A program made the translations under genes and the position numbers. From an uncultured virus (IMG/VR IMGVR_UViG_3300006922_000014) (Duplodnaviria; Heunggongvirae; Uroviricota; Caudoviricetes), in the IMG/VR virus record IMGVR_UViG_3300006922_000014: a stretch of DNA of 64,000 nucleotides, one strand, 5' to 3'. The notes under the pieces are model-generated. The model saw only the letters and a program-made list of their open reading frames with translations. It was not told where the DNA came from and did not search any database. This document shows positions 18,381 to 30,700 of this stretch, in pieces (the first letter of the stretch is position 1; every line of letters starts with the position of its first letter).

Positions 18381-21233
18381 ATGGCAAAAGTTAAAATAAA
18401 CAAATTACCTAAAGGCTTCCATATAGTTGATGGCAAAGTAAAGAAAAAAGCTTTAAAAAGAGATGGTGGAATGGTAACTGGTGATCAAGCAGATTACGGT
18501 TTAATTACAACACCACAAGAATACTATGGTCAAACAAACTTTAATAATGATCTAGATGATTCAGTTAGATATAGCCTATCTAGTGTGCCTAGAGATGAAG
18601 CAAACATTGAAGCAGAGGGTGGTGAGACTGTACTAACAGACTTAAGTGGTGATGGTCAATTTGGTTTATATAGTATAACTGGACCAAGACATTCAAGTGG
18701 AGGTGTGCCAATGTATTTGCCAGAGCAATCTTTTATTTATTCTGATACTGCAGGGTTAAAGATGGATAGAAATGAACTTGCTGAGTTTGGTATAGAAAGT
18801 AGAAAAAAAATAACACCAGCACAAGTATCTAAAAGATATCAACTCAATCCTTTTTATGGAGTTATTAATGATCAGTATGCTGATAACATATCTACAGCAA
18901 GTGCTGAATTAATGCTTAAGAAAAATATGAGTAACTTATCAAAGCTAGCCTTTGGTCAAGAAGTCAAAAAGAATTTTGAAGATGGTGTACCTTTAGCATC
19001 ATACCCATACTTAGTAGAAAAAGGCATTGACCCAATAGAGTTTGCTGCTACAGTAGAACAATCAACTAAACAAAAACAAGAGTTAGAATTATTAGCATCA
19101 TTGCCACCAGAGCAACAGCAGCAAATGTTACAGATGCAAGCTATAATGGAGAATATAGACGGGCAACCACAGCAACAAGATTCTGTAGATCCACAAATGG
19201 TAGATCCTAATAATCAAATTCAACCAACAGCACAAGAAATGGATCAAGCTCCAGCTGCTGAGTTTCAAAAAGGTGGAGAAAAAGCTTCTGAATATGCTAA
19301 ACGCAGAGGACAAGACTGGCCAGAAGGCGTTAAAGATCCTACCTTTGATGGTAAGGTCTGGGTATTTGATGATGGTACTCCTCCTTTAAGTAAGTCAGCT
19401 GCTATGCAATTGGCAATGAGTGTTAAAGGCACAGGTAATATTCCAGAACAATATAGAACTGAGAATGTAGAAATACAAGAAGAAGTAACTGAACAACCAA
19501 CAGAGGTTAATCAAGAAGTAACAACAGAAGCATCAACAGATGTAGAAGATGGTTCTATAGATGAGTCAGGTACTAGTCTTAACACTTCAACTGCAAAACC
19601 TATTGATAAAAACCCATTACCAAAGACACACCCTCAATGGCAAGAGTTTGAGGATGCTGTAAATAATGGTTATAGAATTGTTGCTACTAGAGATGAAACA
19701 CAGGGTGTTACAAACTATGAGGCTATAGAAGTTTTACCTCCTAACAAGTTTGAAAATTTTGTTCAGAATGAGCAGAAACAACTAGAAACAAAAGGAACAG
19801 GTAGTATAAGTGTTATTAGTAAAGAAGATGCTTCTTTAAATGCCGTGTATGAAGGAGCAGATGATAATAATGTTAGGATAAGAAAAGGTATGTATTCTGA
19901 CCAGGACAGACCTAAAATGCAAGGTTGGATGGGTGAAGATTCTAATTCATTTGGTGGTGACTTTACAACTCCTGAAGCTGAAGCTGATTTTAATCTACGT
20001 TACGGTGATGACCTAAAAATCATGATGCCTAACTTTAATTACCAAATGAAGTCAGGTGTATGGAAGAATGGTAAACCTGTAAATGAACAAGCTAGAAAAT
20101 ATAAAGCTCATTGGATTGAAGCACAGACTTTAATGCAAGAAATAGAAAACAAAAATCATTATGAGATATTTGGAAAAGATGCAAAAAGTAAACCTAGAAT
20201 ATTATTTCCATGTAAAGGAAGACCAGGAACATGTGTAGATGGTAAATTAGGTTTTGATACTTTTAATAAAGGTAGAACATATGTACGTGTAGAAAAGCCA
20301 AATATATTAAATGCTAGTGTTGAAGATGAAAGAACACCAACAAGTAGCGGAGACATAATAACAGAAAAACAACCAATGCCTGATTGGTGGTGGCAAGACC
20401 TTAATAATATAGCAACACAAAATTCATTAGAGAATCCGTTGTTTATGCCTAATGTGACTAAACTACCACAAGAAAGAGTAAACTATGTTCTTGATGATTG
20501 GACTGCAAAAGTAAATGCAATAAATGCAAATACTGGTCAGTATATGAAAAACCTTAGAGGATATGGTAAAGGTAAAGTAGCAGGTACAAATGCATTTGGT
20601 AAAGGTGCTGAAGAAGCAGTAAAAGCAATTGCTAGTACTAATACTAATAATGTAGGTATTATGAATAATGCTGCGAGAACACAAGCTGATCTTAATTTAA
20701 GAACAGGAGTTTTCAACGCCAAACAACAAGATGAAGAATATAATGGTAGTATAAGAGCACTGCAAAGATTTGTTGATTTTGAGAATTGGGATAAAAAAGA
20801 ATCTAATAAATTATATAATGAAGCTATAACAAACAGGGCTAATACATATAATTTAAATATGCTTAAAGACTATATGGAAATAGATCCTAGCATTGGTGGT
20901 ATGCAAGTTAAAAAAGCAGACAAACCTTTTGAGGTAAATAAAGATGACCGAGAGGATTGGCAGATAAGACAAGATAGACTGATAGAGATTGATAAAAAAA
21001 CATCTGAACTTTATCCTAATGCTACAGTAGAAGAGAGGATGAAAATGAATCAATATTTCTTAGATGGCACACCTCTAACAGGTAAAAAAACAGAAAGAAG
21101 AAATCCTTCATCTGAAGAAGATACTGATTTCAATATTCCTTCAGTTACAGTACCAAACACAACAGTTGGTAAGAAAGGTGGTAGCATGAAACGTTTTGCA
21201 AACCCTTTCTATACAGGTAAGATGGGGATATAA
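18381..21233 (+). CDS. crAss-like cargo protein 1 homologue
   Basis: ANIEAEGGETV...GPRHSSGGV...FIYSD is a motif I recognise from crAss-like ejected cargo proteins. Has a Gln-rich linker. Confidence 0.6.
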   Translation: MAKVKINKLPKGFHIVDGKVKKKALKRDGGMVTGDQADYGLITTPQEYYGQTNFNNDLDDSVRYSLSSVPRDEANIEAEGGETVLTDLSGDGQFGLYSITGPRHSSGGVPMYLPEQSFIYSDTAGLKMDRNELAEFGIESRKKITPAQVSKRYQLNPFYGVINDQYADNISTASAELMLKKNMSNLSKLAFGQEVKKNFEDGVPLASYPYLVEKGIDPIEFAATVEQSTKQKQELELLASLPPEQQQQMLQMQAIMENIDGQPQQQDSVDPQMVDPNNQIQPTAQEMDQAPAAEFQKGGEKASEYAKRRGQDWPEGVKDPTFDGKVWVFDDGTPPLSKSAAMQLAMSVKGTGNIPEQYRTENVEIQEEVTEQPTEVNQEVTTEASTDVEDGSIDESGTSLNTSTAKPIDKNPLPKTHPQWQEFEDAVNNGYRIVATRDETQGVTNYEAIEVLPPNKFENFVQNEQKQLETKGTGSISVISKEDASLNAVYEGADDNNVRIRKGMYSDQDRPKMQGWMGEDSNSFGGDFTTPEAEADFNLRYGDDLKIMMPNFNYQMKSGVWKNGKPVNEQARKYKAHWIEAQTLMQEIENKNHYEIFGKDAKSKPRILFPCKGRPGTCVDGKLGFDTFNKGRTYVRVEKPNILNASVEDERTPTSSGDIITEKQPMPDWWWQDLNNIATQNSLENPLFMPNVTKLPQERVNYVLDDWTAKVNAINANTGQYMKNLRGYGKGKVAGTNAFGKGAEEAVKAIASTNTNNVGIMNNAARTQADLNLRTGVFNAKQQDEEYNGSIRALQRFVDFENWDKKESNKLYNEAITNRANTYNLNMLKDYMEIDPSIGGMQVKKADKPFEVNKDDREDWQIRQDRLIEIDKKTSELYPNATVEERMKMNQYFLDGTPLTGKKTERRNPSSEEDTDFNIPSVTVPNTTVGKKGGSMKRFANPFYTGKMGI

Positions 21234-21292
21234 ACATTAAAGGTTTATTTATTTTGATAGGTAAACCTTATAAATTATAGTAAATTTGAATT

Positions 21293-24200
21293 ATGGCTAC
21301 ATTTTTAAAAGGAGAAAAGAATTTTTACCCAGAGATTAAATCATTTACACCTGATTATAAGTTTCTCTCTGCAACATTGGATGCAAGAGAAAGTAAATAT
21401 TTATCTGGTTGGGAGGCTGCTAATGATACATATAGCAGAATGTATTCTGATTTAAGTCAAGAAGAAAATAGACAGTTTCAAAAACAGTTTATAGAAGATC
21501 TAACTCCAAAATTACAGAAGATATCTGGATTAGATTTTTCCATACAGCAAAACGTAAATGCAGCTAAAGGGGTGTTTGCTCCTTTTTTTGAAGATGAACG
21601 TGTTGTAAAAGATATAGTATATACTTCTACTTATAAAGATCAATTAAGATATGCTAGTCAACTGGCTAATAGTGCAGACTTTGAAGTACGTCAAAAGTTT
21701 AATCCTATTGCTATGGAGGCAATGCAATTTAGAATGCAAGAGTTTCAAGAGGCAGATAGAGCTGCAACTTTAGGTATGGCTTTACCTAAGTTTGTTGAGG
21801 ATGCTGATTTAGTAAGAACAGCTAAAGAATATTTAAAAGAAAAGGGTCTTACAATGACAGTTGAGTACCCAAGTTTTGGAGATAAGGATGGTAAAGGTGC
21901 AGGTAATTTTTTAATTACTGACAAGAATGGTAAACTTATAGAAGGTCTAGCAAGAAATATGATTATGACAGATTTACTGGATGATCCTAGAGTAAGGCAG
22001 TGGTATGATACAAGAACATATGTAGAGAGCATGAGGTTTGCTAATAATGCATTAGAAGCAGGAGGCGTTCAATCAAAACAAGAAGGTTTACAACTTTGGG
22101 CTAGTGAACAACTTAAAGTATTAGAAGAGATTAACTTTAACCAACAAGAAGATTTAAAAAAAGATATAGACAAAAGACGAAATGCTACGGTTACTTGGGA
22201 ATCTGTAAGAGGTAGTTCAGGTTTATTACCTGCAGAAAAAACCATAGTTGAAAATAATAAATCAGCAGTAGAACAATTACAAGCAGACTTAGACAGAAAG
22301 TTACAAGGATCAGAGTTTTTATCAATGAAAGATGTTGATAATACCGCATCACTAAGTAAGGCATACGCAATGTTAGGCCAACAATATATGATGCAAGATA
22401 CTATGGAAGCTGCACGTCAGTATGCATACTTAGACTCTAGTACTGACTTAGAAGTAAATGATTTAAGACAAGATGAATTAAATCACAAATATGAATTAAA
22501 TGAAATTAAAACAAGAGCTTACTTTGAAAGTGAACAATCTAAGCAAGACTATGAAGAGGCATTTAAATTAAGTCAACAAGAGTATGAAGAAGATGTAGCT
22601 TTAAAACAATTACAAGGTGCAATTGACAAAGACAATAAGGATGATAGTAGCAATGATACAGAAAGAAATAGAAATAGATCAACAGTAACATATGGTAATA
22701 CAACCTCTTCTATATTTCAACTTGATGATGATGGCCTAATAATAAAAGATAATTATATAAATGAAAATCAAAATGCAATAGCTAATAAGCAAAAGGAGAT
22801 GATGTTACGCAAGAACGATCTTATTATAGATATGTTTGCTGCAAGATATCCTGGTGCTGAAACTTATACTATTAATACAGGAACAGTAGATGAACCTGTT
22901 ATGGAGGAAATGAATTCTAATAGACTTAGAGAATTTTTAGCAGCTAAACAAAAAGTTTATAACCCAAAGACCCAGCAAGAAGAAGAAACAGACAAGTTAA
23001 AAAACTATGCTACTATAGATAGACTATTCACAGAAATGTCTGATTATTTCTCACCAGATAATGAACAGAATATATATCAAGAGCATCCTAACTGGTTAAT
23101 AGGTGATGATGGAGTTAGAAATACAGATGATGATAATCAGACTGATTACAGAAAAATCCAAAATAAACTTTTTAAATCTGATCCTACAAACCCATCTCAA
23201 CAAGGTTTCTTTGAGGATGAAAAGCTTTTTAATCAAATGGTTGTAAAAAATGGTGAAGCATTTTATAGTAATGCTACAGCAGCATCAGCAGCCCTTCAAG
23301 AGACGGATAAGGATTTTAATAAAATGATTAATGAATTAAACTATCCTACACCATATGTAAATGAAAATGGTATTAAGAGAGTCATGACTAAAGTTGAGTA
23401 CATGAAAGTATTTAGAGATATGGCTCTTAAAGGAGAAATCAAAAACTTTGATGGAGAAGGTTTTGGTCAAACAAGTGATGGAGATAGTAATCCAAATTGG
23501 TATGATAAGCAAATAACACCAATGCCTTCTGGTATTCCAGGGGGACTGCCTGTAATGACAATTATGGATAGACCAGATGAAGATGCTATCAAAGGTAAGT
23601 CTGAGTATATATATGATAAACTTACAAAACAGATGCAGAAAAATTTTGGGTCTCAAGATTATAAAACATACTTACAAATACAAAGAGAAGTAATAGGCCT
23701 TCCCGGAACTAACATGGGCTTTACACAAACAGAAAGTGTTTATACTGATGGAGAACCTTTACCAGGATCTGATTCAGAAAGAGTGGTAAATACAATGATG
23801 AATCAGTTCAGACAAACTTATGCAGACCCAACTCAAATAGGCGGGATAATTATGCAGTTACCAGAGAAAGTAGAAGACATAACTGATATTAACATTAATG
23901 CTCCCAATACAACTAGTGATGAAGCTATAGCAGGTAGAGTTTTATTTAATGAGTTAGTGCTAAAAGGAGCAGATGTGAAATCAAAATATAAAATAGAATA
24001 CTTTCAAAATATTGGTCCAGATAGATTTGATGATGAAGGTATAAAAATTTCAACTCCTATGGCAGGATATAAAATATCTGAAATAGACTCAGAATTTATA
24101 ACTGCTTTAAACCCTGATGAAAATAAAAATTCCCCTCTTAATGCAGAGCAGTATGATATAGCAAAAGATATGAATAAAGAAGGGTTTGTGTTTTTATTTC

Positions 24201-24703
24201 CAAGAGATAAAGATATTAGTCCGGGCAGTTATGCAAAAAGTGCTGAGGGTTCAAACATTAAAAAAAGATTAGATTTAAGTCAAAACGGAACATTTAAATA
24301 TACAATACCAGGTCAAATATTTTCTCCAGGTAATGTTATATTTAAAGAGATTGTTCCCGGTAAGATTCAAGTAACAATGAATATCAATACCTATGACCCT
24401 GCATCTAATGATTCAGCAAAGCAATATAAAACTCAACAAGTTGTTCAAAATATTATTTATGATCCAGGAGAGAATTATACTATAGGTCTTAATGAAAAAT
24501 ATAATAATATTAAACAAGCGCTTGAGCTAACTAATGCTAATAATAATCTTAAGATGTATGATATGAGAGCTAAAGATCTTTCTAAAGTAAAATGGATAGA
24601 AGGATTTAAGGCTAACAATCCAGGTCTGTCAGAAGCAGATTATGAACTTCAATATCAACAAGCATTAGAATTTGCTAAAATCAATAGCAAAACAAACGAA
24701 TAA
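21293..24703 (+). CDS. Virion cargo/ejection protein, coiled-coil rich
   Basis: Large helical protein directly upstream of the virion RNA polymerase, with an N-terminal FTPDY motif. Preceded by a TAAATTTG box at 21281. Confidence 0.5.
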   Translation: MATFLKGEKNFYPEIKSFTPDYKFLSATLDARESKYLSGWEAANDTYSRMYSDLSQEENRQFQKQFIEDLTPKLQKISGLDFSIQQNVNAAKGVFAPFFEDERVVKDIVYTSTYKDQLRYASQLANSADFEVRQKFNPIAMEAMQFRMQEFQEADRAATLGMALPKFVEDADLVRTAKEYLKEKGLTMTVEYPSFGDKDGKGAGNFLITDKNGKLIEGLARNMIMTDLLDDPRVRQWYDTRTYVESMRFANNALEAGGVQSKQEGLQLWASEQLKVLEEINFNQQEDLKKDIDKRRNATVTWESVRGSSGLLPAEKTIVENNKSAVEQLQADLDRKLQGSEFLSMKDVDNTASLSKAYAMLGQQYMMQDTMEAARQYAYLDSSTDLEVNDLRQDELNHKYELNEIKTRAYFESEQSKQDYEEAFKLSQQEYEEDVALKQLQGAIDKDNKDDSSNDTERNRNRSTVTYGNTTSSIFQLDDDGLIIKDNYINENQNAIANKQKEMMLRKNDLIIDMFAARYPGAETYTINTGTVDEPVMEEMNSNRLREFLAAKQKVYNPKTQQEEETDKLKNYATIDRLFTEMSDYFSPDNEQNIYQEHPNWLIGDDGVRNTDDDNQTDYRKIQNKLFKSDPTNPSQQGFFEDEKLFNQMVVKNGEAFYSNATAASAALQETDKDFNKMINELNYPTPYVNENGIKRVMTKVEYMKVFRDMALKGEIKNFDGEGFGQTSDGDSNPNWYDKQITPMPSGIPGGLPVMTIMDRPDEDAIKGKSEYIYDKLTKQMQKNFGSQDYKTYLQIQREVIGLPGTNMGFTQTESVYTDGEPLPGSDSERVVNTMMNQFRQTYADPTQIGGIIMQLPEKVEDITDININAPNTTSDEAIAGRVLFNELVLKGADVKSKYKIEYFQNIGPDRFDDEGIKISTPMAGYKISEIDSEFITALNPDENKNSPLNAEQYDIAKDMNKEGFVFLFPRDKDISPGSYAKSAEGSNIKKRLDLSQNGTFKYTIPGQIFSPGNVIFKEIVPGKIQVTMNINTYDPASNDSAKQYKTQQVVQNIIYDPGENYTIGLNEKYNNIKQALELTNANNNLKMYDMRAKDLSKVKWIEGFKANNPGLSEADYELQYQQALEFAKINSKTNE

Positions 24704-24713
24704 GTAAATCAAC

Positions 24714-27700
24714 ATGGAAGAAGTAAACAAAAATTTACCTAGTTCAGGGAGTAACTTAACAGATCAAATACTAGCAGATACTACAGCTTTGAATCCTATT
24801 GATTCATCTAAGCCTTATGTATCTATTGCTGATATAATGGATGATGATCCAACAGCTGTTAGTGATGAGTATAAAAATATGATATCTGCTTATCAAACTG
24901 ATATAGATAAATTTGGACCTATTAATATGGGTAATATTAATAGTGACATACCTTCTCCAACATTTTCAACTCTACCAAATCAGAATACTGATACTTATGA
25001 GTCTGAAATGAATAGCCTGATAAAATCAATTGGAGCTCCTATGGTAAAGGAAGAGGGTGCTTTAGCTAAACCTATATTTGAAAATGTTAGATCTTTAAAT
25101 TTTGATAGACAGTATAAGTCAGACGCTTTTGGTGATATAGGCTTTACACCATATGCAGACATGGATACTATCTATAACCAAAACATGACAGCTTGGGATG
25201 GTTGGCAAAGAGGATGGGAACAGTTTCAACATCTTGCTGGTACAGGGTTTGTATCAAGTTACAGATCAATTGCGGATTTCTTTGATGGTGATGATTATTT
25301 GAGTTCTCCAGATCTAACTTCTGCATATGAAATGGAAGATGCAATGAGAATAGGAGGTAGTACTGATGGTTCTTTTATTGGTAAAGCAGGAAACTTAGGT
25401 CTTAATTTTGGTTATACTGCAGGGATTGTAGCATCAGTAGCCTTTGAAGAAGTTGTAATGGCTGCGGCTGCAGCTGCCGGTACAATACCAAGTGGGGGTT
25501 CTAGTTGGGGTGCATTTGCTGCTGGAACTCTGGCCAACTTAAGGAAAGTAGGTAATCTTTTTGACGTAACTAGAGCAGCAAAAGCATCAAGAGATTTAGT
25601 AAAAACACTAAAAAATATTGAGAATGCAAGAAGTTTTTATAATGTATCAAGAGGTGTTGCTACAGCAGGATTAAAATTTGTAGCACCAGAGTTAACTCAT
25701 GCTATTCAAAACTGGAAGACTACAGGTAACACAGCAAAGAATTTACTTAACATAGGAAAGAATACACATGTCTTTGGTGCGTTTTATAGAGATATGAGAA
25801 TGATTAATGCTTCAATGTCTGAGTCTAAAATGGAAGCAGGTATGGTATTTAATCAAATTGAAATGAATGGTTTAAATTATTTCAATTATAAGAATGGAGC
25901 CGGGAATGGTATTACAGAACAGCAAGCTAAAGATACAAGAATAAAAGCTGCTGAAGGAGCTTTCAAAGCTCAAATGAGAAACTTCTTAATTATACATGCA
26001 TCAAATAGAATAGTATTAAAAAATGCATTTGGAGGTTGGCAAAGAAAGCTAGGTAAAGAAACACAAAGAGTTTTAAGAGGACAAGGTGGTAAAGCAATAA
26101 AAGCAGAAAAGTATTTATTTAAACGTGTACCTCAAGAAATTAAATTAGCATTTAAAGCCCAGGGTTGGAAAGGTGTTCCTAAAGTATTGGGTAGCCAGAT
26201 GTTAAAGTACGCAGCAGCTAATTTGGCTGAAGGTGTTCAAGAGGTTTCTCAGGAAGCAATATCTGCAGCTACTGTTGGATATTATAGTTCTTTATTAAGA
26301 GATCCTTTAGCAGGTGCACCATCTACCTATGGTGCCTTTGGTCAACAGGCTGTAGGTAATGTATTTTCAAAAGAAGGGGCGGAAGTGTTTGCATCTGGAT
26401 TTTTTATGGGTGGTTTAGCTGGCCCTTATCAACAAGTATTATTTCAAGGTATGCCTGCTCTATTTAGAAAAGGCCAATCTGTTTATAATAAAAGTACAGT
26501 TAAAGAAGGTGAGACAGCAGCAGATCCTTATACTGAGTATAATGCTGCAAGAGAAAAAGCAGTAGACGATGTTGTCAATTACATCAATAAGATTAATGAT
26601 CAGCAGATGAATGCTGAAAAACCATTAGAAGCTATATTAAGTGAGAACCAATTAAAGTTGTCTTTACAAAAACAACAGCAAGGTCTTATGAACTTAAATA
26701 TTGCAATGGGTGATAAGAAAGAGTACTTTGATAATAGAAATTTTGCTGAGTTTGATGCATTAAAAAAAGCATTTGATACAGGCTCTATTGTATTCTTAAA
26801 AGACAATCTTGTAAATTTAAATAAACTAAATGATAAAGACTTAGTTGATGCATTTAAAGGAAGTGGTAGAAGTGCTAAATCATTAAGAAATAAAATATCA
26901 ACTCAATTAGAAAGAATAGATTCTTTTGGGAAAACTGTCACTGATAATATGGGTGGTCTTTTCCCAACTAAATATGATCCTAAACAGTTTGATCCAGGCA
27001 CTGAAGAGTTTATCAAAGAATCTTTCAAACTTCAAGCATATGAGCAAACAAAATTGCTTTATATGTTTACTAATGAGTCTTTTAAAAATGCAGCAATAAG
27101 ACAGTCTGAAATAGAAAATAGACTAGAAACGGAACCACTTATTTCCAATCAAGGAGCAACTGATATAAGATTACTATATACTAAAGATACAATAGAGCAA
27201 GAGCTCAACACTTTAGAAACAGAGATAGATGCATATGAGAATACTCCAGAAGGGAAGAAATTAAAATCAAAAAAACAAAAGAAAAAGAAAGCATTAGAAA
27301 AGTATCTTAAGATATTTACTGATCCTAAAAACTTAACAAAAAAAGGTTACTTTGCTAGAAACAAAGTAAAAACATCCGGGTTAGATGCAGCGTTTAAAAA
27401 CTATATTGAAACATTGGCAGACAAGTCTAGTGATTTTGTAGACTACGGTAAGGTAAAAGAAGCTTTAATTCTAATTACTGATCATGTAGCATTACAAGAA
27501 GATGCTTCTGCATTTAGTAAATCAGTTGACCTTTTAACTAATCCAAAAGTACAAGAGCAATTAGAAGAAAGAGCTACGGAATATCTTGAGTATATATATA
27601 AAAATAGAAAGACAATATATAAAAGACAGACTGAAGCATTTATAGATAGTGTTGAAAAAACTAAATTATTAAATGGATTAGCTGAAGTAGATATTCTAAT

Positions 27701-30700
27701 GGAAGAAAACTTCACAAGAGAATTTTTACAAGATGAAGTTAGTTTAGAGGATTTACTTCAAGCAGTAAATGAAGGTAAGCTTATACAAAACGGCAGACGT
27801 TTAAATCCAAATGTTATAAAAGATGCTGAGTCATTAGCAAAAGCAGTAGCAATAATTAAAAATTACATTGGAGTAAAAGTTCAACAAGAAAGAGAGAGTG
27901 AAGTATCTGATGAAGCTGTAGCAAATGCAGAAATATTAGATATTGAGGAAACACTACAACAAGCTGGAGTAGATGTTGAGGTAGATGAACAGGTTGATTC
28001 AAACATATTAAATGAAATACTTAAACAGCAGTATCTAAAGTACAGAGCTAATGACAAGTCCTCAGACCCATTAGATTTTTCACAATGGTCAGCAACAAAC
28101 GAAGCTCTTAAAATTAAAAAAGCTTTTATTGCTATAAAAAGAATATGGGCAAAAGGTTATTCAACTACAGTTGAAGAATATGGCAATTTAGTTGAAAAGT
28201 CAAGAATACCATCTGCAGGAGATATAGATGAAGAAAAAGGTTTCCAAGAGTATCTAGATAGTAGAGAAGCTATTGAAAATCCTATTATAGAAGATATACT
28301 AAGACAGCTAGATTTATCTTATGATATTTTTACAAACAGGAATATCAATAAGAAAAGTAATTTAAAACCTATTAAGGGTGGTGATGGAGTTAATTTCAGA
28401 GTTATATCAATTGATGTAGCTGACGAAGATCAAAAATTATATAAAATAATAAACAACAATGGATCAGATTTATCAGCAGTACAGTTAGATGCAATATCTG
28501 GTCAAGGCGTTTACAATAATGCTAGGGCAGCCTTAGATCAGTTTACTATACTAGAGGAAGAGTATTCAGATGGTTCTACGTTTAAGTTTGATGGTCTTAC
28601 ACTTATAAGAGGTCAATTTGTATACGATAAGGTTACAGGAGAAGAATTCAGAGTTGCAGTAAATAGACCTTTAGGAGATAACATTCAGTTAGTTACTCCT
28701 GAAGATTATGGTAAACCTTATGCTGATAGAAAACAAAAAGCAATAACAGAGTCTGAATTAGATTTTAGTGAGCGTTACTATGATGAAAAACTTATTGTTG
28801 ATAAAGTTCCTGATGGTACTGCTAAAATAACAGCAGATAACATTGCTAATATTTATGTAAGAGAAAATGCAGGTGAATCAAAGGAAAGTGCTGAAAAACG
28901 TTTAAGCTGGATCATAAACAACCTAACTGATAACGTTTATAATAATTTAGTAATTGATGTAAAACCTAATCCTAATAAAGCAGCAACACAATTTAGTTAT
29001 AGTGGTACAGCTCTACCAAATAAATATATACTTACAAAAGGAGAACCTTATAATATACAGATAAGAATTAAAGATGAGCTTACTCTTCTTGATGTTAACC
29101 AAAAATTACAAGCCGTAGGGTTACAACCTATTAGTGATAAGAACAATGGTATCATAGGTAACATTGCAAATAGTTCTTATATATATAAAGTAGGTAACAA
29201 AGAATACACTCCTTCTACAATGCCTGTAGATCTGGCTAAAAATATATTTAATGTAGATACATCTAAAACAACAATTGAACAAGAGCTTGCAAAAGCAATT
29301 GATTCTACAACTAAGAAAAATGTTTTAGTAAACTTTTTAAATAAACAATATGCTTCAGGCATAACTGATATTACTTTTGAAAGTTTAAAGAAGAACGGCT
29401 TTTCAATTGTAAGAGAAGATGGTTATCCTGATTATAATACAGACAATCCATTAACAGTATTGAGTGACTTCTATAAGGCCGGCCTTTCTTCAGATGGAAA
29501 AGGTGGTATTCTTATTTATGATATCACAAGAGATAAGAATGGTGAATCTATTGGAGAACCAGAAGTAATAAGTAATTTAATAGATGATGAACTTAAAATA
29601 TTAGAGAAGGAAGCTAGAGAAGGTTTACAAAATGGTTTATGGAGTAAAATGCTTGGTCCTAATAGTCTAGGTTATACCGAAAGATATCAGTATGTTATTA
29701 AACAACCTAATGGAGTTTATACATTAGCAACGGCTAAGACTATAGGTCAAGACAAAACCATTATTAGTGATTTTGTAACCGGAATGATGAACAAGGTTAT
29801 AGAACTAAAAGAAGGAAATAAAGAAAAAAATATAAAGCCTTCAATTAATGAAAAAGGAAATTATATTAATGGTCAGACACAACAAACTGTTGGTCAAGAA
29901 ATTGATGTATTTAATCTAGAAAATAATAAGAATATCAGGATAGCAATGGTTCCTGGATTTGATGTTACTATTAACGTTGCACCCTTTGGAAAAATACGTG
30001 CAGTAGTAGAAAAAAATAGAAGTAAAATAACAAGCACATATCTTGAGCTTTCAGAAATAAAAGCTTCATCAGATCCTTTGAAGCAACTGAATGACTTACT
30101 TAAAAAAATCAATGCTGACTTAGATGTTGCTGGTTATAGTACAGTGAATATTTCTTTGGATCAATTTACAACATCATTATCATTAAATGCTAATGTACAA
30201 ACTACACTAGAATCTCTTGGTACAAAGCTTACTCCTAGAGTCAGACGTAATTCTAAATTAAATTTTGAAACTACAAGTGCTGCTAATCAAGCAAGTTATG
30301 ATAAAGATGTAAATTCATCTGCAGAAGATAATACTAATAAGATACTTAATTTAGGAAATAAGATTACTACAAATGCAGTCTTTACTGAAACATTGGGTTA
30401 CACTGATGCAGAAGGAAACCCTATAACTGTTGGAGAAGAGAAAACAGCAACATCAACAGATGGTTCTATTGACTTAGCATCTATAACACAGAGTCCGTTA
30501 GATCAACTTAATGTAAAATTAAAAGAGATAGAAGACACTACTAAAAAAGAAGTGGGTGCTAGAGGGTTAACTAAAGCATTAAGAAATGACCCAGTATACC
30601 AGAAACTTAAGCAAGCTAGAGATAAACTGATTTCAAATAAAGTAGTTACAAACTTTACAGCACAAGATGTACAATCTCTAAATGAGTTTACTGTATGGGC

